Source: Thecamonas trahens ATCC 50062 (Eukaryota; Protista; Apusomonadida). Taken from it: 64,000 nt of DNA. Numbering within the stretch: the first letter of the stretch is position 1; the number at the start of each line of letters is the position of its first letter. Location: contig NW_013657679.1 in the NCBI RefSeq assembly GCF_000142905.1, positions 250,657 through 314,656 on the forward strand, read 5' to 3'. Position numbers and translations under genes: made by a program. Positions 57,212 to 64,000 of the stretch are shown here, piece after piece. Under the pieces are notes generated by a model that saw only the letters and a program-made list of their open reading frames with translations, was not told the origin of the DNA and did no database searches.

Positions 57212-58524
57212 TTACCTGCGGCGGGACTTTGAGGCCTTGCTCGCTGCCTTGGAGGCAGACTTGCTAGGGCGCGAGCTGCTGGCGCGCGAGCTCCCGGCGC
57301 GCGAGCTCTTGCCGGTGCGGGCCTTGGGAGCGTCGTCCGATGACGACGACGAGCCGGTGTAGGAGACGTACTGGTAGGTGCTCTCGTAGTAGTACGAGTA
57401 CGAGCCCGAGGCCACGTCCGGCTTGGCCGGGCCGCCGCGACCCGAGTCCGAGCTCGAGCCTGCCGAGTCTGCGGCGTTGCGCTTGCTGTGGCGGTGGGTG
57501 CGTGACGAGGAGGCCGACGACGACGAGGGGCGGACGGCGTCAAAGTAAGGGTGGGCCATGGCCTCGGTGGCGGTGAAGCGGCGGACGTGGTCGGTGAGCA
57601 CGCAGTTGGCAATGAGGTCGATGGCCTCAGGAGTCACCCGGTGCCGATTATCGTCGTCGATGAACGACTCCCACTTTTTCTTTGGATACCCCGACAGCGC
57701 CGCCATCTGGTCGTCGTCGAGCACCACGTTGATTTTGCGCATGTAGGTAAAGAGCTCGTCCGAGCCCACAATCTTGACCGTGGCCAGCAGCTGGTTGAAC
57801 CACGAGCCCTTGCCGCGGATGAGCGGGTGCTCGAGGAAGATCATGGAGCCAAAGGTGCAGCCAAAGGCCCACATGTCGCATGAGTAGTCGTAGTACTCGT
57901 ACCGCAAGCTGAGCTCGGGCGACTTGTAGCACCGCGTACCTGGCCCGCGGATGTTCTTCTCGCCGCGAAGTAAAAGCCGGCGACGCCCCAGTCGATGAGC
58001 CGGAGCTTGCGCTTGCGCGGGTCGATGAGGATGTTCGACGGCTTGATGTCGCGGTGCATGACTCCGATCGAGTGCGTGTACGCAATCGCACGCAGCAGCT
58101 CGTACGCGTAGTACCGCACTTCCTCGTTGTCCAGCTGCGGAAACAGGTCGCGGCACTTGACGTAGTTGATCTTCTCAAAGATGAGCAGCTTGTTGCCCGT
58201 GTTGAGGTCCTTCACCGTGTCCTGCAACTGTACAATGTTTGGCCCGCCGCGTACATACTCCAGCATCTTGATCTCCTGTCGAAGCTTGGCTTTCTGCTTC
58301 CTTGTATCCTTGAGCATCTTGGCCACCACCTTTTTGGACTTGCGTTGCGTGTCCTTGGCCTCAAACACCTCGCCAAAGTGACCCTGTCCCACCTTGCGCC
58401 CCATCTTGAACCGATCCGTCTTGGTCCACGTCACCCGGTACCGCTTCACGTCAAACTCGGCCCGGTCGAACCGTTCTGTGTAGTCCGCATGTTCGCGCGC
58501 CTCAAACACACGCTGCTCCGTCAT
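57212..58524 (-). CDS. Divergent casein kinase II alpha-like kinase with Ser/Arg-rich tail; -1 frame break near 57967
   Basis: GGPNIVQL, HS.GVMHRDIKP, KLRLIDWG, YDYSCDMWAFGC and RFTATEAMAHPYF are CK2-like. Adding one base gives an activation segment of canonical CK2 length. Confidence 0.85.
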
Positions 58525-59479
58525 ACTAGCTTCCCTGCGACGCCACCGCCAATGCCCTGAACTCCAGCCAACCTGTGTGCTACGCCGTACACAAGCCTTC
58601 TCCTCCTTCCGAGTCTCACGCGGCGACCCTGTGCAACTGCTCGCTGGCGAGGAGTGTGTTACCCAGACTCTCTTTCGTCCTCGCCCCCTCACCAACACCC
58701 TCACCAACCCCTCGGCGACGGCGACTGCCACAGCCAGCCAGCCAGCCGCCCAACTCGGACTCACGCGCCACCGCCGCCGCCTTCCGCCCGTTCCGCCTCG
58801 GTGCTGGCACTTTTCCCCAAATGGCGCCAAAACACCTAAACCCAATATTGGTACTGCTGAATTAATCAAAAACCAAGCAAGAGGCCAACACCGCATCATG
58901 CCCCCCCCCCCCCCCCTGCCCCCTACTCCACCTCCTGCCCAGCTGAATCTGCAATATCGCCGGGACTTGACCGACCCAATGTTCACCGCACCAACGGCTG
59001 ATCATCACGTCATCATCGCACGAGGACCAATCAAGTCTCAATCACCGCCATCGCCTCTATCCCCTTCCCCTCCCCCACCGTCCGCTTCTTCCCATCTCGC
59101 CAAAAGTAGAACGAGTCTGCTACTACCCCCCCCCCCATTCTTGATCACCAATGAGATAAATTGGCCGTTGACACGCCGCCCAAGCCACCGCCCACAGCAC
59201 TTGCTCGGCTTGACAGCTCCCCTCCCCCCCCCTTCCCTATTCCACCTACAACTTATCCCCAACTCCTCTCGCAACAAGACGCGCCGACTCCAACTCTTGC
59301 CCTCCCACCCTCCCTCTTCTTCCTCCGTCTTTCTTCCCTCCACAAGGACCACAAGAAGCGCCTCCGCCACCGCCGGCTCCAAGCAGGTCGTTGTTGCGTC
59401 CGTTTCCGACTGCTCCAGACCAGGTCGCCACCCCCCTCCTTCCCTCCGGGCCCTCGTGCACGAGAGAAACAGGCTGGGG

Positions 59480-62400
59480 ATGGCATCAAGGGCGGCTATA
59501 CGGCCGGCCCGTGAGCCGCCGGTGACGCCGACCTCGCCCAACGTACCAGGGCGGCCGTCCGAGGTCTCCAATGAGTCTGTGGTGGGCGGGCTCCGTCGAG
59601 ACTCGCTGCGGCCGACATTGACGGCGCGTGAGACATCGCGCCGGCTGCTGGCCGACTTTCGCCAGCAGTCCAAGACGCGGATAAGCCGCAAGGAAGCCAT
59701 GGGCTACGCCAAGTACGACGCTGAGGTTGTGGGTCCAATCCAGGCTCAGATGTGGGTTCTCTACATCGCCATGCTCGTGCTCCTCGGCACGGCCGAAGTC
59801 TTTGGCTGGGCGCCGTCGCTCCGGGTCCAGAACCTGTACCCGTACGTGGTCATGGTGATTGCAGTAATGGAGGTGACGCGAGTCATCACAGCGTTCAAGC
59901 CCAAGGCCAAGGTTGCGCTCTGGCTCTCGCTCGGCCCGTTGGTGTGGCTTCTCCTCATTGCGCGCGAGGTCCACATCATTGTCGCCGCCCTCTTCCTCCC
60001 CACGGTCCTCGCCATCAACATGCAGAACGGCGACCACCGGCTCCGGGCGCAGCTCCCGCTCTTTGCGCTGACGTACCTTGTGGTCTACGCCGTCTGCGTC
60101 GCGGTTATGCAGTGGTTTTACACCGACACAACCGGCACGTCGCAGTCGCACGGCCGCGCGCTCGACCCGCCCATTTCGTGGGCCGAGGAGGCGACGCTCC
60201 TCCTGGCGCTGGCCATGGAAGCTGTTGCCTTTTCCATGCTCGAGAACTTTACGCACTACTTTGCCGGCACGCTTGTGCGTAACGAAAAGTCGCTCGCTCG
60301 CCTCGTCCGTGACAACAAGGCGCTGCGTTCGATGCTGGCCAACTACGAGCGCGGGCAGGAGTTTGACCTCAACTCACCCATGTCCAAGGCGCTGGAGGTT
60401 CTCCGCGACCTGGTGGCCAATGACTCGGACCTCGAGCCCGATGCCAAGATCCAGCTCCGCGCCGCCATGACGCTGCTCTCGTCGGGCGAGCTGTTCCAGC
60501 CGAAGAACCTCGACACGCTCGATCCCGAGTACAAGTCGTACATGGCCTCGATGCTTGCCAACAACCGCAACCGCCCGTCCGAGTCGCAGAACGAAAACGG
60601 GTTTTCGCTCGTCGGCTCGCCGCGGCAAGACACCGCCGCCCAGATGACACTCAAGACCATGGGTGCTTCCGGCACCTCGGCTGTTGACGACGAGCTCGCC
60701 GCCGACTTTCTAATGCGCCTGCAGGCCTCGGTCTCTAACGCCACAAACCTGGACATTGAGGCCAAAATCAACGCCGCCGCCACCGCGACCAACACGCCGC
60801 GGGCCACTGCCGGCCCGTCGCCGTCGGACTCGGGGTCAGACTCATCAAGCAAAGCTTCGGACGCATCGACCGAAGGCTCGCTCTCGTCGTCGCTTGTCCG
60901 AGTCCTTGACAGCCTCGCTGCCGACCAAATTGCGCAAGAGTCGCTCTCGTCGTCGTCGAACTCGTCAGACTCGTCGTCGAGCGGAAGCTCGGACTCGTCG
61001 TCGTCACTTGGTGACACCGTCTCCTTCACCCACATCGAATCGCTCTCGAATGCTGCACTGGGCAGCTCGAGCAAGATCACCGCCAGCACACAAGAGCCCG
61101 ACTCGGGCTCGGGCTCGACCTCGTCGACGGTTGTCTCCATCTACGACGCCCGCCACTCGCGGTCGACGTCGCGGCTGGCGCCGTCGGCCAGTATGGCCGA
61201 AGTCGACGGCACGTTGGGTGTCGCCCCGGTTCAGAAGGACAAGAAAAAGTCCAAGCGCGGTCGCGCCAAGGGCAAGGGCAAGGGCAAGGGAAAGGCCCGG
61301 GGAAAGGTCAGGACCAAGACAAGCCGCTCCGCCCGCAAGCTGGCCAAGATCAAGGCCAAGGCGCAGGCGCAGGCGCAGGTTCTTGCGCGACTCCAGGCGG
61401 TTGTTCGCGCCCGAATCCAGCGCGCCATTGTGGCCACCCGCAAGCGCGAGCGGCGCAAGGCGCGGGCCAAGGCGCGCGAGGCGAGCAGCACCGGCCCGCG
61501 CGTGGCGCAGGCGCTCGAAGGTGTGCCGGCCATTGGGGCGCTCGACCCGCGCGAGTGGGGTAAGGTCGAAGTTGTCATCGACCACCTGTACGGGCACCGG
61601 CTTGCGGTCGGGCCCAAGAAGGTCATCGACTTTGGCGAGCTCTCCAACCTTGTCGACGAGTGGAACTGCGACGTGTTTGCCATTGGACAGCTGACCGGCG
61701 GGCGGCCGCTGTACTACACGGCCGTGACGCTTTTCCGCAAGTTCCACCTTGTGCGCACCTTTGGCCTCGACCCGACGAAGGTGCTGCGGTTCTTTGAGCG
61801 TGTGGAGGACGGGTACATCAAGGAGAACCCGTACCACAACTCGATGCACGCGACAGACGTGCTCCAGACGGTGGCGTACCTCATCTCGAACACTGGGCTC
61901 TCGCCGGTAGTCACCGACCTCGAGGTCCTCTCGGCTCTCATTGCCGCCATGGTCCACGACATGGGCCATCCCGGAACGAACAACAACTTTCAGGTGGCAT
62001 CGCGGTCGCCGCTCGCGCTCCGCTACAACGACATGGGTGTGCTGGAGCACTTTCACTGCTCGACAGCGTTTGAGATCATGTTTGACCCGGCGACCGACAT
62101 CCTCTCGCCACTCAGCTCTGCCCAGTTTGCGGACCTGCGGTCGCTGGTCATACAAATGGTCCTCGCAACAGACATGTCGCAGCACTTTGACTACCTCGGC
62201 AAGTTCAAGCTCAAGATCGAGTCCGAGTCACTCGATCTCTCGGTCACCGAGGCGCGCAACCTCGTGCTCGAGATGGCCATGAAGTGCGCGGACATTTCGA
62301 ACCCAACCAAGGACACCGCCATTTGCGAGACGTGGGCCCACCTGGTCATGGAGGAGTTCTTCCGCCAGGGCGAGGCCGAGTCCGCACGAGGACTCCCAAT

Positions 62401-62671
62401 CTCGCCTTTTATGGATCGCGCCACAACCAAGACGCCCAAGGTCCAGACCGGCTTCATCGACTTTTTCGTCACTCCGCTCTACGAGGCCCTCAACATGGTT
62501 CCCGAGCTTGGCCTTGACGACCAGCTCGCCCAGCTCCGCGACAACCGCATGTACTGGGAGAACCTGGCCAAGGAGAACGAGTCGGTGGCCTCGTCGACCC
62601 TCGACCCCAAGTCGACCGTCCGTGGCTCGATCGTCCGTAATTCGGTCGAGAGCTCGCGGTCACGCACGTAG
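59480..62671 (+). CDS. Class I 3',5'-cyclic nucleotide phosphodiesterase with ~6 N-terminal TM helices and an IQ-like motif
   Basis: NPYHNSMHATDV, AAMVHDMGHPG.NN.F, LEHFH, LATDM, KCADISN and Q.GFIDF catalytic motifs, with six hydrophobic segments upstream. Confidence 0.93.
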   Translation: MASRAAIRPAREPPVTPTSPNVPGRPSEVSNESVVGGLRRDSLRPTLTARETSRRLLADFRQQSKTRISRKEAMGYAKYDAEVVGPIQAQMWVLYIAMLVLLGTAEVFGWAPSLRVQNLYPYVVMVIAVMEVTRVITAFKPKAKVALWLSLGPLVWLLLIAREVHIIVAALFLPTVLAINMQNGDHRLRAQLPLFALTYLVVYAVCVAVMQWFYTDTTGTSQSHGRALDPPISWAEEATLLLALAMEAVAFSMLENFTHYFAGTLVRNEKSLARLVRDNKALRSMLANYERGQEFDLNSPMSKALEVLRDLVANDSDLEPDAKIQLRAAMTLLSSGELFQPKNLDTLDPEYKSYMASMLANNRNRPSESQNENGFSLVGSPRQDTAAQMTLKTMGASGTSAVDDELAADFLMRLQASVSNATNLDIEAKINAAATATNTPRATAGPSPSDSGSDSSSKASDASTEGSLSSSLVRVLDSLAADQIAQESLSSSSNSSDSSSSGSSDSSSSLGDTVSFTHIESLSNAALGSSSKITASTQEPDSGSGSTSSTVVSIYDARHSRSTSRLAPSASMAEVDGTLGVAPVQKDKKKSKRGRAKGKGKGKGKARGKVRTKTSRSARKLAKIKAKAQAQAQVLARLQAVVRARIQRAIVATRKRERRKARAKAREASSTGPRVAQALEGVPAIGALDPREWGKVEVVIDHLYGHRLAVGPKKVIDFGELSNLVDEWNCDVFAIGQLTGGRPLYYTAVTLFRKFHLVRTFGLDPTKVLRFFERVEDGYIKENPYHNSMHATDVLQTVAYLISNTGLSPVVTDLEVLSALIAAMVHDMGHPGTNNNFQVASRSPLALRYNDMGVLEHFHCSTAFEIMFDPATDILSPLSSAQFADLRSLVIQMVLATDMSQHFDYLGKFKLKIESESLDLSVTEARNLVLEMAMKCADISNPTKDTAICETWAHLVMEEFFRQGEAESARGLPISPFMDRATTKTPKVQTGFIDFFVTPLYEALNMVPELGLDDQLAQLRDNRMYWENLAKENESVASSTLDPKSTVRGSIVRNSVESSRSRT

Positions 62672-62719
62672 TAAAGCAGTCTGCGGCCTTTGGACCGTTC
62701 CCGCCCGCTCGCGCCGTTG

Positions 62720-63643
62720 TCAGGACGACCGCATCAGCGCGCGCTTCTTGTGTAAGACCGAGACCATGTCCTTTTTCTTGAGGCAAAACTGGATCCGCCC
62801 CGGGCTCAGCAGCGAGTCCAACTTGATCTCTTCGCCGGCCTCGCCGAGCTCGTACGACGCGCTCGCCATTCGCGGAGCGCTGCCAGCCTCGGCCTGCTCC
62901 TCGGCCTGCCGCGCCATGGCAAGTGCAAAGGCAGTGTCGCGCTTGCCGGTCGTCGGCGTGCCCGAGCCGGAGCCCTTGCCCGAGGTGCTTTGGCGCTGGG
63001 CGCCGGCAAACCCGACCGAGATGCGTGGGCGGGCACCACTCCCGCTGACGGAGTTGGACTTGGCCTGTTTGGCCGGCGGCGGCGCACTGGCCTCGTCGCC
63101 GCCTTCAGACTTTGTGTCGGCTGGTGTCGCCGCAGACCGCGACTTGCGCTTGCGACCCGACTTGCGCTTCTCGGCCTCGGACTTTGAGCTCTTGGCCGAA
63201 GACGCGCTGGTGCCGCCGCTGGCCGACTTGCGTGGCTTGGGATCGCGGAAGACCTTGTCGGTAGGCACGTCAAAGAGCTTGCGCGAACCGACATACCGGA
63301 CCGAGATCCAGTCGTCGCCATACTCGGACGGGCCGGCCACGTACGCCGAGTAGAAGACGGTGGACCAGTCCGAGTTCTCGTACCACAGGGCATAGATGTG
63401 TGTTCCAGACTCGTTCGGCAGCTCTGGGTCCGGGTTCGGCGGGAAGGCAAGCATGTTCTTTGCCTTCACTTTGTGCACTACGGCCTCGTCGTCAGAGTCT
63501 GGATACAGATCCACCACCACGTAGCTCGACGGCTCGCTGCTCTCGTCCGTCCCTTCTACCGCCGACACCTTCATCATGGCCCACTGCGGCCTGTTCTCCA
63601 CCCGGACCCGCGCCGCCACCATGTCGCCTACCTTGAACACCAT
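62720..63643 (-). CDS. SGF29-like tandem Tudor domain protein; 5' end uncertain
   Basis: GDMVAARV..QWAMMKV..YVVVD..LAFP..IYALW..TVFYSAYV resembles SGF29 (GDKVAARV..QWILAEV..YEVDD..LALYP.TTCFY.A). A low-complexity basic tail follows. Confidence 0.65.
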   Translation of the reverse strand: MVFKVGDMVAARVRVENRPQWAMMKVSAVEGTDESSEPSSYVVVDLYPDSDDEAVVHKVKAKNMLAFPPNPDPELPNESGTHIYALWYENSDWSTVFYSAYVAGPSEYGDDWISVRYVGSRKLFDVPTDKVFRDPKPRKSASGGTSASSAKSSKSEAEKRKSGRKRKSRSAATPADTKSEGGDEASAPPPAKQAKSNSVSGSGARPRISVGFAGAQRQSTSGKGSGSGTPTTGKRDTAFALAMARQAEEQAEAGSAPRMASASYELGEAGEEIKLDSLLSPGRIQFCLKKKDMVSVLHKKRALMRSS

Positions 63644-64000
63644 ATGAGCGTCTTTGGAGAGGGGTGTGGAGTCAAGGACGCGCGAGGGAGGTGTCGCCCG
63701 TGGGACTACCTGTGACGCCCCCGCTGTCGCTGCCACTGCCACTGCAGCTGGCGATGCATGACCAGCCGCCAGGCACGGCCATCAGCGCCCCGCTCGCCCT
63801 CGGTCATTGGTGCAAGAATGGAAGACGGCGAGCCATGTGTTCGGCATGAGCATGCCACTGTGATTGTCATGTCCTGCCATTGCTGCTGGTGGTCGATCTT
63901 CCGTCTCCATGCTTCACCAGACGAGCCTGGCTCGCCTCGTCCGGCAACTCGCCGACAGCTTCGTCGACTCCGCCTCCACCCGGCCTCGGCGCAGCCACTC

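Noticed and set aside
58577-59479. N-terminal 300 aa extension of the PDE ORF
   Set aside because: C-rich low-complexity promoter/UTR-like sequence that is open by chance. ATG 59480 is the more plausible start.
1-64000. Hundreds of overlapping Arg/Ala/Pro-rich ORFs in the track
   Set aside because: These are shadow and antisense frames expected in high-GC coding DNA. They carry no motifs and overlap better-supported genes.

Overview
Gene-dense, GC-rich eukaryotic nuclear DNA with short GT-AG introns. I found no rRNA, tRNA, CRISPR array or intact transposon. Gene content (NEDD8, PEN-2, SPT4, H2A.X, PIBF1/CEP90, ERG24, TIG-domain TKL receptor kinase) suggests a flagellated unicellular protist, possibly a Thecamonas-like apusomonad; this is inference only. 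About 29 protein-coding genes can be reconstructed, several fragmented or missed by the ORF track because of introns (notably a 3-exon gamma-secretase PEN-2) or frameshifts. Main points of interest: (1) eight single-base frame breaks in seven otherwise intact genes, seven of them -1 and all explainable by changing a C run; assembly error is most likely, but insertional editing or recoding is testable. (2) All ten inferred introns are C-rich on the + strand whatever the gene orientation. (3) Unusual architectures: inositol 5-phosphatase-GNAT fusion; PH-PH-pseudo-Ras protein; ~2600 aa beta-propeller-pseudokinase-ARM protein; kinase-pseudocyclase-pseudokinase receptor; LRR-TIG receptor with polycystin-like TM motif; 6-TM IQ-like phosphodiesterase; bacterial-type MMPL transporter; putative secreted glutamic peptidase. 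All family calls come from remembered motifs, not database searches.
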